From Carcharhinus longimanus (lineage: Eukaryota), in assembly GCA_030264375.1 (NCBI GenBank), contig JASCQW010000027.1, positions 79,128,815 to 79,192,814 on the forward strand: 64,000 nucleotides of DNA. The letters run 5' to 3'. Below, piece after piece: positions 14,198-26,551 of this stretch. A model generated the notes under the pieces. That model searched no databases. It saw only the letters and a list, made by a program, of their open reading frames with translations, and was not told the origin of the DNA. A program made the translations under genes and the position numbers. Position 1 is the stretch's first letter; each line of letters opens with the position of its first letter.

Positions 14198-15120
14198 GTT
14201 GTGTTGCATTTTGATTAATGGGCTGAAATGTTCTAATTAGGATTTGTGCTTAATGAAAAATGCACAGAGACAATATATGGAAGTTTATTTCACTGACTGC
14301 CGTAAAAACATTCTTGAAGAGAGATCAACCAGAGCTTCACCAAACACCATTACGCTAGTTTAGTTACAGAGTGCACAAGACCGTGCAGTCTCCAAATCTG
14401 TCATAGGATGACTTATGAAAGATACCAAGCCCAGTAGTTCCATGGTCATATTACCAAGTTACTTCTCATGTTGCAAAGATTCCAGAAACAATCACACTTC
14501 ACGTATGCATGATTACAGTTTACCACAGAAATTCAGGGCATGCTGTTGCAAGTGGGTCAGGCCCTACAAACGGTTACTTGATGTTCCTGTTAATGCTCCA
14601 TGTTTGTACCTTAAATGCACCTGCACGAAGAACAAAAATAGTCACAAGCCAGGGCCTGCTACAATATCCTCTGTTCTTCAGGTTGCTTGGCAACATCAGT
14701 AACGTGGAAATCTTGCTGCTGACTAACATTCTGATATTCAATTAGGCTGGGTGGATTGTTATTACAGCACTTTCGAGCCTACAAAGAGTTATACAACCCA
14801 TCAACGGCCACCACCCAGTGACTTCAAAACCCATGTTCTGACTTGCACAAAGCTTAGATACACTTGTGTCACTTCCTCAGCATCAGTCATAGACAGCAGT
14901 ATTCTCTTAACCCTATAAAACCTCTGCATAATGAGTGCTTGACAAGGAAATGCTTCCATGTGTTGTCACTTATTTTTCTTTCATTAGCTGGGTGACATGG
15001 AAATATATTCAAAGCACCCATGCATTGCCAATCCAAGTTCCTTGCAACTGCATAACCAAGTTACCCAAAATTCCAGTCTGTGACTTACATCAAAATGTCA
15101 GAAAAATTGCATGAGTACAC

Positions 15121-15376
15121 AGAATCCCTACTGTGTAGAAGGAAGCCATTCGACCCAACATGTCTGCACCGACCAAAATCCCACACAGGCCCTATTCCCG
15201 TAATCCTACATATTTACCCTACTAATCCCCGACACTAGGGTTAGTTTACCAATCAATCTAATCCGCACATCTTTGGACTATGGGAGGAAGCCAGAACACC
15301 CGAAGGAAACCCATGCATGCGGAGAATGTGCAAACTCCACACAGACAGTGACCCAAGGCCAGAATCAAACCCAGGG
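15121..15376 (-). mobile_element. HE1 SINE, 5'-truncated
   Basis: Colinear with the 12039 copy. Confidence 0.85.
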
Positions 15377-15694
15377 TACATGGTCGATCATTTAAAAACT
15401 GGTACAAATCAAGTGGAAATCATTGTAAGCAAAATAGTTTCGGAGTATAATATANNNNNNNNNNNNNNNNNNNNNNNNNNNNNNNNNNNNNNNNNNNNNN
15501 NNNNNNNNNNNNNNNNNNNNNNNNNNNNNNNNNNNNNNNNNNNNNNNNNNNNNNATTGAATGGCGGGGCAGGCTCGAAGGGCTAGATGGCCTACTCCTGC
15601 TCCTATTTCTTATGTTCTTATGTTCCTTCTTCACGTCCCTCATTATGTATGAAAATTAAAGTCCATGGCCATCAAACATCACTTAAACACATTA

Positions 15695-15970
15695 GAACCA
15701 TAAAATCTCTACAGTGCTGTCTGCACCGACCCTCTGAAAGAGCACTCTCGTAATCCTATTCCCCTGTCCTAACTGCATAACTACATGCATTGATCATGAC
15801 CAGTCCTCCTGACCTGCACATCTTTGAGCTGACAGGAAACCGGAGTACCTGGAGGGAACACACATAGACACAGGGAGAGCATGCAAACTCCACACAGGCA
15901 GTGACCCAAGGCCAGAATCGAACCCGGGTCTCTGGTGCTGAGACAGCAGTGCTAATCACTGTGCCACCCA
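15695..15970 (-). mobile_element. HE1 SINE
   Basis: Head with GGTTCGATTC B box, V-domain and tail. Confidence 0.85.
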
Positions 15971-16449
15971 TTAGGCACAGAAAATGCAATCACTGATGCC
16001 TTTCCATTTTTTGATGCAGGCTGCATTGACATCATAAAGATACATAGTTACAAGAAATATAATTAGGTCTCTGAGGAAAAATATAAATGCTACACCAGAA
16101 ATATGAGATTGAACAATTCAGCCCATTCAAAACTGGCATAAATTCAGGGAATTCTGGATTAGTATCTGGTGTTCTAAGAAGGCAAAGCAATGTATCCTGA
16201 GTGGCAGGGGATTTCAATAGGAATTCCACAGATTTAGATGGAAGATGGAGTAAATATGGGTACAGTGTAAGCACAGGTCTAAGTGACTTACACATAAATT
16301 TCCCCAGACCTTTTCATCGGAATTAGGCATTATACCATCGTTTCGTGCCAACTTACAGGAAATTCTGAATTCCACCAAATGCTGAGTTTCTGGTGGCTCA
16401 ATATCAACTCAAGATTGTCTCACTGACACAACACAATTTCTTCAAGTCC

Positions 16450-16583
16450 ACAGAGCTCTGAAGAACAGATTATTGAACTCAAAACGTTAACTCTGTTTCT
16501 CTCTCCACCGATGCCGCCAGACTTGCTGGATTTTTCCAGCACTTTGTGTTCATATTTCATATTGCCAACATCAGCACTATTTT
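16450..16583 (+). mobile_element. Penelope-like terminal repeat, family B, with decayed hammerhead motif
   Basis: agagct-CTGAAGA-...ctc-AAAA-cgtt-aactct, then the family body ctctccaccgatgccgccagacttgctg. Confidence 0.55.
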
Positions 16584-17104
16584 ACCATAGAGGTCAAATG
16601 CCAATTGGTAAAGCAAACTTGAATATCTGCTGGGCCGTCAGGCAGTAGCCAGGTAAAATTTGTACCGTTTGAAGGAGCAAATTATAGAGAGGATGTCCAA
16701 GGTAATACACCATCCATTCAACCTTTAGTCTAGAGAACTCAGATGGAACATTCCAGATCCCAGTGAAAATCCTGCCTTTAGGCTCCACTTGACTGGAGCA
16801 ATGTCCTGAAACATTGCAGATTTGTTGACGTGGTTCTTAACTTTCATTAGCATGCAGGTCATCTTGGAGTCATTTAAATCCAAATGGATGCCAACCAACT
16901 GTCCTTGAAATTAATCCCTAACTGCTTGCTTAATTGAGAGATTTAGGTTTAAACCCCACGTCAGCAGAGGGGCAGTTCAATTCACCTTGAAATGGATACA
17001 CACTGTCACCACCCAAATTGCCAAGAAACCAAACTTTTTATTTTACAACTGCAGTTCTGACTGAGTATAAGACATTTTAGAATCAGCGGAATGAGTCTAT
17101 GCGA

Positions 17105-17302
17105 ATAAAACCCATCTGGTTCACTAATGTCCTTTAGGGAAGGAAATCTGCCATCCTTACCTGGTCTGGCCTACATGTGAGCCCAGAGCCACAGCAATGT
17201 AATTGATTCTCAACTGTCCTCTGAATAAGGGCAACTAGGGATAGGCAATAAATGCTGGCCAGCCAGCAAAATGCATGTCCCACAAATTTACAAAATAAAA
17301 AT
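17105..17302 (+). mobile_element. SINE 3' half sharing its tail with the CR1-group LINE at 4420
   Basis: aaaacccatctggttcactaatgtcctttagggaagg...gggataggcaataaatgctggcc; family not named with confidence. Confidence 0.6.
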
Positions 17303-18371
17303 TAAATCTGGTGCGTCCAGCCAGAATTCCACAATCAACACAACCCACACAATTTAAGTAAAAAAAGTGGGGCAATTTTCAATTTCAGAAGGGGGGAAAT
17401 CAATCTTAGTTTAGCTGGAGGAAATTGATCTTTCTTAGGGTCACATTCTTTACAACAGGTCACTACAGTAGGATTAGCACAGTAATAAGATCAAACTTAA
17501 TGATAAACTGAAGATAGTACCTATGCAGAAGTTGTTACAATTCATGCTGACTTCGGGGATACATCAACTTTAACAGTTATCATAGATGTCAGGTTAATAT
17601 TACAGGGGAGAACCAAGCTGAGCATGTGAAAAAAGAAAACAAAAATTAAAGGGAGAGTACTAAAAGAGACTGGCAACAAACATAAAAGGGAATTTAAAAG
17701 TCTTCCACAGCAATATTAATAGTAAAAGAGTGGGAAAATAAAGAGTGGAATCAATTAGGGAAAAAAAAGGGGATTTCCACATTGAGGGAAAAGCCTTGAC
17801 TCATGCATTAAATGAACAATTTACATCTGTCCTTACCAAAGAAGGTATTGCCTCACTCATAGTGAAACACAGGATACATCTGAGACACTAGGAAGGGCTA
17901 AAATTTGATATCGGAGGTATTAGGTAGGCTGGCTACACTTAAAGTTTATAAGTCATCAAGACCACGTGACTAAATGGTGGAAACTGCAGAGGCCCTGACC
18001 ATAACCCTCAAAATCTCTATAGACACAGCTACGGTGCTAGAGGGCTGGAGAGCTGCAAATGTTACATTCTTGTTCGAAAAAGCTTGTAAGAATAGACCCA
18101 TTAATAGAACCTTAGTGGTGAGAAAGTCTTTAGAAGTTAAAATCTGAGACAGAATTAATAATCACTTGGACAAGTATGGATTAATGAAGGAAAGCCAACA
18201 TGACTTTTTTTAAAGGCAAATCAAGTTTGACCAAAATAAAAATGGAAAGTTCTGGAAAAACTTACATAGGTCTTGGCAGCATTTGTGGGGAGAGAAACAG
18301 AATTAATGTTTCGGGTCCATACGACCTTCCTTCAGAGCTCTAATCATTAACTCTGTATTTCTTGTCTCACA

Positions 18372-18598
18372 ATGTGGAGATGCCAGCGTTGGACTGGGGT
18401 AAACACAGTAAGAAGTCTGACAACACCAGGTTTTAGTCCAACCGATTTATTTGATAGTAAACNNNNNNNNNCTGTGCTTTCTATGCTCTGTCTGAGGCCA
18501 GGATTCTCCATTCGCCTGACGAAGGGGCAAACCCCGAAAGCTTGTGAGTTTACTACCAAATAAATCGGTTGGACTTAAACCTGATGTTGTCGGACTTC
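18372..18598. mobile_element. Inverted pair of Penelope-like terminal repeats (family A) with a 14-bp TSD
   Basis: Arms 18372-18462 (-) and about 18505-18598 (+); TTTCTTGTCTCACA at 18358-18371 and 18599-18612. Confidence 0.7.
18510..18549 (+). ncRNA. Minimal type I hammerhead ribozyme motif
   Basis: ATTCGC-CTGACGA-A-GGGG-CAAA-CCCC-GAA-AGCT-T-GTGAGT: complete core, stems I and II, palindromic stem III. Confidence 0.65.
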
Positions 18599-18626
18599 TT
18601 TCTTGTCTCACACACACTGGAAACAC

Positions 18627-18939
18627 AGAATCATAGAATCCCTCTAGTGCAGCTGGAGATCATTCGGCACCGACTCTCTGACAGAGCATCTTACCCAGGC
18701 CCATCCCCATAACCCCATGTACTTCCCTAGCTAATCCCCCGAAGCTTATACACCTTGAGACATTAAGGGGTAATTTAGCATGACCAATCCATCTAACCTG
18801 TACATCTTTGGACTGTGGAGGGAATTCAGAGCACCCCAAGGGAACATATGCAGACCCCACATAGACAATCTTCCAAGGCTGGAATCAAATCCAGATCCCT
18901 GGCACTGTGAGACAGCAGTGCTAACCACTATGCCACCCA
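18627..18939 (-). mobile_element. HE1 SINE
   Basis: Head, V-domain and (ttctatga) tail. Confidence 0.9.
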
Positions 18940-19237
18940 TAGGTGTTGCCAGACCTCTCGCTGAGTTTTTACAGCATTCTCTATTTTTACTTCAGGTTTC
19001 CAATGTCAGCAGTATTTTACTTTAATTTCATGTTTAACTGAACTTGATTAGGTTTTTACAAAGGTAACAGAGAGGGTTGTTGGGATAATATGGTGTACAT
19101 TGACTTTTAATCCATAAAGTATCCTAAAGCAGACTTGTCATAAAAGTTAAAGCCCATGGAATAAAAGGGACATTGGAAACATAGATATAAAGTTATCTGA
19201 GTTACAGGAAACAGAAACAGTGGTAGAGGATTTTTTT

Positions 19238-19945
19238 CATAGAAACATAGAAAATAAAAGACATTCAGCCCATCAAGCCTGTTCTGCCATTCATTTTGAT
19301 CATTGCTGATCATCAAATTCGATATCCTGATTCCCCCCCCCCTTCCTCCATATCCTTTGATCCCTTTAATCCCAAAAGCTACATCTAATTTCTTCTTGAA
19401 ATCACACAACATTTTAGCCTCAACTACATTCTGTGGTAGTGAATTCCTCAGATTCATCACCCTCTGGTGAAGAAATTTCACTTCACTTCAGTCCTAAAAG
19501 GTTTACCCTATCTCCTCAAACTATGACCCCTNNNNNNNNNNNNNNNNNNNNNNNNNNNNNNNNNNNNNNNNNNNNNNNNNNNNNNNNNNNNNNNNNNNNN
19601 NNNNNNNNNNNNNNNNNNNNNNNNNNNNNNNNNNNNNNNNNNNNNNNNNNNNNNNNNNNNNNNNNNNNNNNNNNNNNNNNNNNNNNNNNNNNNNNNNNNN
19701 NNNNNNNNNNNNNNNNNNNNNNNNNNNNNNNNNNNNNNNNNNNNNNNNNNNNNNNNNNNNNNNNNNNNNNNNNNNNNNNNNNNNNNNNNNNNNNNNNNCA
19801 ATTGTAGTATAACATCCCTAGTCCTCTATGCAAATCCTCTTGCTATGAAGGTCAACATACCATTTGCCTTCTTTATTGCCTGTTATATCTGCATGGTTTC
19901 TTTCAGTGACCAATGTACGAGAACACCAAGGTCTTGCTGGGTCTC
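19238..19945 (-). mobile_element. CR1 LINE 3' fragment, antisense, nested in the older CR1
   Basis: FHQRVMNLRNSLPQNVVEAK...FKKKLD; same family as 46930-48575; contains a gap. Confidence 0.8.
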
Positions 19946-21842
19946 CAGACTGGAGGAAGGATTATATTGAGGTTCCTCAGGAGTTCATATTAGGATATGA
20001 CTTTTCTTGATATATATTTATGATTTCAGTTTGGGTATGCCCGGCACAATTTCAAAATTTGCAAATGATATATTGAGAACTATAACAAAGATAGCGATAG
20101 GCTTCAAAAGGACATAGACAGTCTAATGGAATGTATGGACACATGGCAGATGACCTTTTTTGCAGAAAAGTGTGAAATGGTTTTTTTTGGCAGCATGTAC
20201 CAAGTGAGGCAACATAACCTAAAGATTGCGATTCTAAAGGGGGTGCAAGAGCAGAGGAATCTGTAGAAGTCATTGAAGGTGGCAGGTCAAGTTGAGAAAG
20301 CAGTTAATAAGATGTACAGGATCCTGAGTTTTAAGAAAAAGGCACTGAGTACAAAGGCAAGCCTTTAGGGTGAGCCTTTAATAAACGTCTCAACTGGAGT
20401 ATTGTTCATGCTTTTGATATTACAGTGGGTGCAGAAAATATTTATGAAAATAGTTGCAGGGATGAGGAGTTCCATTATATGAATAAGTTTATTTATTTAA
20501 GTTTATTTATTCCTTTCGCAAATAGGCTTACATTAGCACTGCAATGAAGTTACTGTGAAAATCCCCTAGTCGCCTGACTCCAGCGCTTGTTCCAGTACGC
20601 TGAGGGAGAATTTAACATGGCCAGCGCACCCAACCAGCAAGTCTTTCGAACTGAAGAAATTCTGGATGGAATAAATCTGAGAAGTTGAGGTTATTTTCCT
20701 TGGAGAAGAGAAGGCTAAGAGGAGATTTGATAGAGGATTTCAAACTCATAAAGGGACTGGTGAACCTAGGTAGGGAGAAACTGTTCACACTGGCAGAAAG
20801 GTCGCGAACCAGAAGACACAGAATTAATGTAAATGGCAAAAGAACCAAAGGTGACATTTTATGTAGTGGATATTTAGGATCTGGAATGAACTGCCTGAGT
20901 GTATGTCAGAGACAGTTTCAATCATAACATTCAACAGGGAGTTGGATAATTACCTAAAGAGAAGGCATTTGCAGTACAGGGAAAAGGCAGAGAGGCTGGG
21001 TCTTGCCGAATGGATCTTGCAGACAGCTGGATGGGAACAATGGGTAAATTGGCCTCCTGTGTTGCAACCATCCACTGATTCTATTACTAATTTTGAAAAT
21101 TATATTGTCGGCTCATAATGACATCAATGATGACCCTCATCATTAATATGTTACATACATATTAAAAAACAAATCTTTTACAGAATAAAGATTGTGATAT
21201 TGGAAAGGCCAGGTAGCAAAAGTCAAACAGTGCAATATTATTATTGTACTATATTAACTATCCATTTGCTATTGATTTCCAGATCTGAAATTCTTGCTTT
21301 TCCAGATGTCCAAGAATGACAATCAGGGTTCAGAATTCAAAGGTACATTAAAAAACACAAGAGTGAAATAAATCTGAATATTATACATCATAAATATTTT
21401 ATTGCAGCCTTTAATTGTTAATTAACAAACATAGCAACAAGAAGCACGAGTAGGCTTTTTGGCTCTTTGAGCCTGCTCTGCCATTTATTTTGATCATGGC
21501 TGATCATAGAATTCAATATCCTGATCTCAATAATTGTGAATTGGTTAGCTGTTAATGACTTGTACTCCACCCAAGGATTGGTAAAATTCAAGACTGTAAA
21601 AGGCTGCATCTTAATCTTAGAAAAGTGATGCAAGATCAGGGTTTCAATTCAGCCTACATGTAGAAATGCAGATGCAGCACTTTAATATAAATTGCATCAT
21701 TCAACAGGTAACACTGCAGTGCAGACCTTTCATGCGACACATCTGCTCTGTCAATCTGCGATAAAAATCCCAAATGCAATATGGGAAATGACAAACACAC
21801 TAAACAAACAGCTGTGGTCCTCCAATGACTTCCAAATCATTT

Positions 21843-21983
21843 TGGGGTAGCGCGGTGGCACAGTGGTTAGCACTGCTGCCTCAGTGCCTGGGACCCAAGC
21901 TTGGGTCACTGTCTGTGTAGAGTTTGCACATTCTCCTCGGGTTCTGAATGGCCTCCTTCTGCACCGTAGGATTCTATGATTCT
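21843..21983 (+). mobile_element. Internally deleted HE1 SINE
   Basis: Head joined almost directly to the terminal tail (aatggcctccttctgcaccgtaggattctatgattc). Confidence 0.85.
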
Positions 21984-22329
21984 TGACTTTGGAATACAAT
22001 AAAAATGGAATGGAGAATAAGTCAAACAAACAATGTGGATCAACACATTTGGAACTACCGATCCCTAATCCTCCAATCCCACACTTTCCAAACATAAGCT
22101 GACACAATTTATCCTCTTCCATTCCTGTCCATGAACATCAGCATCCCCAAAGCAGGGAAGGAAAGTTGACTAGAGAGAAATCTAAACTCAGTGTATGCAC
22201 AGAGGGGTGTGAGAGAAGGAGGAAATTAATCTCAAAGCAATTTTATCACCAATAATGCATTCAGTAGCTTTAAATACAGATTTAGCTAAAAATGATTTGC
22301 CACATTCTTGTACACAATAGTAAGTTTAA

Positions 22330-22665
22330 TAAAAGCAAAATACGCAGATGCTGGAAATCTGAAATAAATACAGAAAATGCTGGAAAAGCTCAGCAGGTCC
22401 GGCAGCATCTGTGGAGAGAGAGACAGAGCTGAAGAAGAGTTCCACAGATTCGAAACACTAAAGCCGGAATCTTACCACTGTTCATGGCGGCACGATTTTC
22501 CCAACCATCTGTACTGAACAGAGATGTGGCTAGGTGCCAAATTCTCCGATCTCACTACAGCAGGAGAGTGGTGTGAACGGCAGGTAAACTCACACCCTAA
22601 CTCTCTCTCCACAGATGCTGCCAGACCTCCTGAGTATTTCCAGCATTTTCAGTTTTTACTTCAAA
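22330..22665. mobile_element. Palindromic Penelope-like family B repeat
   Basis: 22355-22420 is the reverse complement of 22601-22663; central CTGAAGA-A-GAGTT-ccac-AGATTC-GAAA hammerhead remnant. Confidence 0.65.
22462..22597. mobile_element. Putative PIF/Harbinger-type MITE
   Basis: TAA duplicated at 22459-22461 and 22598-22600; degenerate TIRs agccggaatcttacc / ggtaaactcacaccc. Confidence 0.45.
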
Positions 22666-23457
22666 ACAATAAGTTTATTGCATTTTGGTCCTCCTCAGAT
22701 ATAATTTCATTACCTCGAGCTCTGAAGTGTGTTTATAGCAAAAGATTACAATCCAAATATCTCTGGTATTAAAAGTTGCTTGTTTTTTTTGGAGTGGGGT
22801 GGAGTTTAACTTAGAAAGTTGGAGTCCAAGTATTCACACTGCTGATCCATGCTCCACGTCAAAAAGGACGTTTGTCACCTGGTAGTACAGAACTTAAATA
22901 TTGCAGAAAAAAGATAGCTGTCAAAGCTTTTCTGTTGTACTCAACAGAACTGATGCAAGAATGCCAAATTTAAAAGGGAACAACAATTTGCACTGCATGA
23001 GAAAACGGGTGCTGAGGGTTAGCAAGTTGGCTCCAATTGGTCGAGACATGTCATGACAAATGCACCAGGAAATATTGTTTACTCTTGCTTTGGTTTATTC
23101 AAAAAAGATGCAATGTTTGGACATGTGTTTTTTGTCCACAGAGCACAGGCCCCTGCCTATGAATATATAGCTTCAACCTCATGCCTTTTTTCAATGATAC
23201 TCAAAAACAGTTAAACGAATTACGGGTGCAGATTTTGCAATAAAACAACTGTCTCGCTGCTGACCTTAAAGAAAAAAGACCAAGTGATCTCCATGGCTTG
23301 GTTTCCTCTTTCTCAATGGCTGTTTAAATCTGGTACCAATTAAAGAGGATGCAGCAGCAGTGATGGCAGCAATTAAGTGAAGAATCAATCACATTGAAGT
23401 ATTCAAACTGCTTCCTGTGCAGTGCCCTTCCTTTCCACTATCCCAATATTGAATTTC

Positions 23458-23641
23458 AATAGGTTTATTTGGAATCACAAGCTTTTGGAGTGCTGCTCCT
23501 TTATCAGGTGAGTGACTCACCTGATGAAGGAGCAGTGCTTCAAAAGCTCGTGATTCCAAATAAACCTGTTGGACTTTAATCTGGTGTTGTGAGACTTCTT
23601 ATTGTGCCCATCCCAGTCTAACACCAGCATCTCCACATCAT
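23458..23641. mobile_element. Palindromic Penelope-like family A repeat
   Basis: Inverted arms centred on ggtgagtgactcacc (~23515), each with a decayed hammerhead core. Confidence 0.7.
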
Positions 23642-24394
23642 CATTCAATTTGACATTGCGTAAATAGAAAATTAGCTTCTCGTGGTGAGTGAGAGTGTTT
23701 AGTAGTGATTATGAAATTAGAATGTTGTTAAAAGCCTAGTTACACCTCATTTAATAAAGATAGAACTTTTTAAAGAGTTTTAACAGTGAAACCAATAGAC
23801 AAAAAATTGAAGTTCTTGTCAAATTCATATGATTTCCCATTTATTGTAGCCTTGAGCTGCCTCAACATCCTCTTGGACAAACATAGAATCACTGATATTA
23901 ACTTCTGGATTTCTAAATCTTCGTTAGCAAGTGTGGTTGCTGTCAGTTTCAGTGGAGTAATGACAACAAACATTGATGGTTTCAACATCATTATCACCAC
24001 AAAATCTGGCCCATTACATCAGCGCAGCTGTAACACTTACCCTTTAACAAGGAGTGGTTGGTGATTCACAACTAATACCTGAAACAAGTTACATGCTGTA
24101 GGAAATCCACCCTTTGATGCAGTTAAAAATTGCTTGGATCGGAGGCCAAATATTTTACATTAAAAGAAAGAAGGCTCCACTATAATAATATTGGGCTGAA
24201 TGTATCTGTAATGGTTGTGTTGTGGCTCTCAGCTGTCTGAAGATGATTACATATAGTTCTAAGGTTCAAACAGCTTGCTCACGCTTGGCCTATAGTAATT
24301 GGTGGTTCAATGAAATGTTGTCTGGTCAGGTTTGAAAACAGCATGGTAGATGTCAATTAACGTGTTGGAATTTTCTACTATCCCATTACACGGC

Positions 24395-24616
24395 GTATTT
24401 ACCATGGCTAATCCATCTAACCTACACATCTTTGGACAGTAGGGGACAATTTATCATGGCCAATTCATTAAATCTGCACATCTTTGGGCTGTGGGAGGAA
24501 ACTGAAGCACCTGGAGGAAACCCACACAGAATGTGCAAACTTCACACAGACAGTAACTCAAGTTTGGAACTGAATCCGGGTCCCTAGTGCTGTGAGGCAG
24601 CAGTGCTACCCACTGA
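24395..24616 (-). mobile_element. HE1 SINE fragment
   Basis: Head and V-domain with an internal repeat of the catggc...catctttgg unit. Confidence 0.8.
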
Positions 24617-25124
24617 GATTTTTTGGAAGTAGGGATATAGGAAGGAAACAGATTTGTTTAATTTCACCTACAATTATTCACTTCCTTGAAATAAATTGGA
24701 TAAACTCCACAATGAGGTGAACCCTAGCCAAGCAAGATAACTTAAATGGTCTTATTCTTTTATACTTTTACATGAGTGTGACTGAAAATGTTGCTCAAAT
24801 AAAGCAGGTTTTATGCAAGCAACTGAAGAATCTGCTATAATATTTTATATTGTTCTATTTGTAATTACATTGCTAAACAATCTCATTTTTTTTCCATATG
24901 AAGAATATACTTTCACAGTATGGAATTTAGCATACAGAGCAAACTAGCAGGCAGAATAAATGAAAGATAAGCAAGATCCCTAAGAGGGTTGCGTTAACTC
25001 AAGGATGATAAACTTCTCAGTGGAAAGTTAGGTTGGAATTAAGCTTTTGTGGCAGATTCAGCGATCAACAGCCTCACACAGCTAAGTATATAGAACTCCA
25101 GATAGTGGGCTTTTGACCAGCTAA

Positions 25125-25604
25125 ACTTTTAGGTATTAGTGTCACAAGTAGGCTTACATTAACACTGCAATGAAGTCACAGTGAAAATCCCCGGATCGCC
25201 ACACTCCGGCGCCTGTTCGGGTACACTAAGGGAGAATTTAGCATGACCAATGCACCTAACCCGCACATCTTCCACACTGTGGGAGGAAATTGGGTCACCC
25301 GGAGGAAACCCACACAAACACAGGGAGAACGCGCAGACTCTGCTCTGTTGTTTCCATGCTGTAAACCTCTATGGCTCTATAAAGTTACATGGGTAAAATG
25401 GGTATAGAGGGATATGGGCCAAACGCAGGCAATTGGGATTAGCTTAGGGGTTAAAAAAGGGGTGGCATGGACAAATTGGGCCAAAGGGCCTGTTTCCTGC
25501 TGTAAAGCTCTATGATTCCACACAGACAGTGACCCAAGCAGGGAATTGAACCCAAGTCCCTGGCACTGTAAGGTAGCAGTGCTGACCACTATGCCACCAT
25601 GCCA
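25125..25604 (-). mobile_element. HE1-like alternative-tail SINE interrupted by a CR1 tail (25341-25518, +)
   Basis: gcgcagactc|cacacagacagt is split by a CR1 3' end. Confidence 0.85.
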
Positions 25605-26551
25605 TCTGCTTCATTGATTAGACCTGCTCAAGGCAGCTCAGGATATTTCCATGCAGCTCTGGATAATCTTCACCTGAAAAAATCCTAGATAGTAGGCAAG
25701 CTGTAAATTTTTTAATGGCATGAATTCCATAAGCACCCTTGCACACAATTGGCAGGATTACAATGGTGCGATACAATAAATGAGGCTGATTAGCATGCAG
25801 ACTGTGTTAGTTAAAGATGTGACAGGAGTGGCAATCATAAAGAGGGGAAAAGAGAGGGATTTAGTCTTGCATAGTGAATCATGGTTAAACAACGTTACAA
25901 TGGCTATTAGATCTCTTTCCTAAAACTTGTATTAACTCAGACAAATGTATATACATATTATGACCATATGTTACCAACATATTCAAAATGGAGCATTCAA
26001 ATGAAAATCAGAAACTCTTCAACAAGTTTGGTCTCTCTGTGGTCCAATTTACTTTTTCTGTTCATCATTCTGGTGTCTAGGTGTTCAGTCATCTATTTAG
26101 GACTTGTGCTTTGCTTGCAGAAATGAAGTAAATACTCCTTTCATATTAGCCACTGCACTCTTAGAGATTCGAAGTATAAAGTGGAGGAGGCTGCCTCCAG
26201 CAATCGTTAACAAGAAACAATTCGAAATATGAGCATTTAACTTAAATTGCTTTACTTATCGACGATGCCAAATAAATAAGACAGATTACATTGTGAACAT
26301 GATTTGATGCAACAGCTGACTAAAAATATTAATTTACACTAATCTATGATAAATCTACCAGGGCACAGAAGTCATAATTAAAACACATTTTTTCACTAAA
26401 GGTGTGTTTAGTTTTCTGATCCAATAGAAGCCAAATTTAATTGAAAATAACAGGCAGCAGGAAGTACTGGAATCTAAAATAAGTGAACAAATGGGTTTCT
26501 TGCACCACTGGCTTCAAAAATATGGCGAGATGTTAATGATTATCACAAGGT

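Larger units (their letters stand above)
17630..21085 (+). mobile_element. Old CR1 LINE broken by several nested insertions
   Basis: Colinear ORF2 remnants at about 17630-18232, 19028-19237, 19945-20486 and 20655-21085 (LFSLEKRRLRGDLIE...LFTL). Confidence 0.8.
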
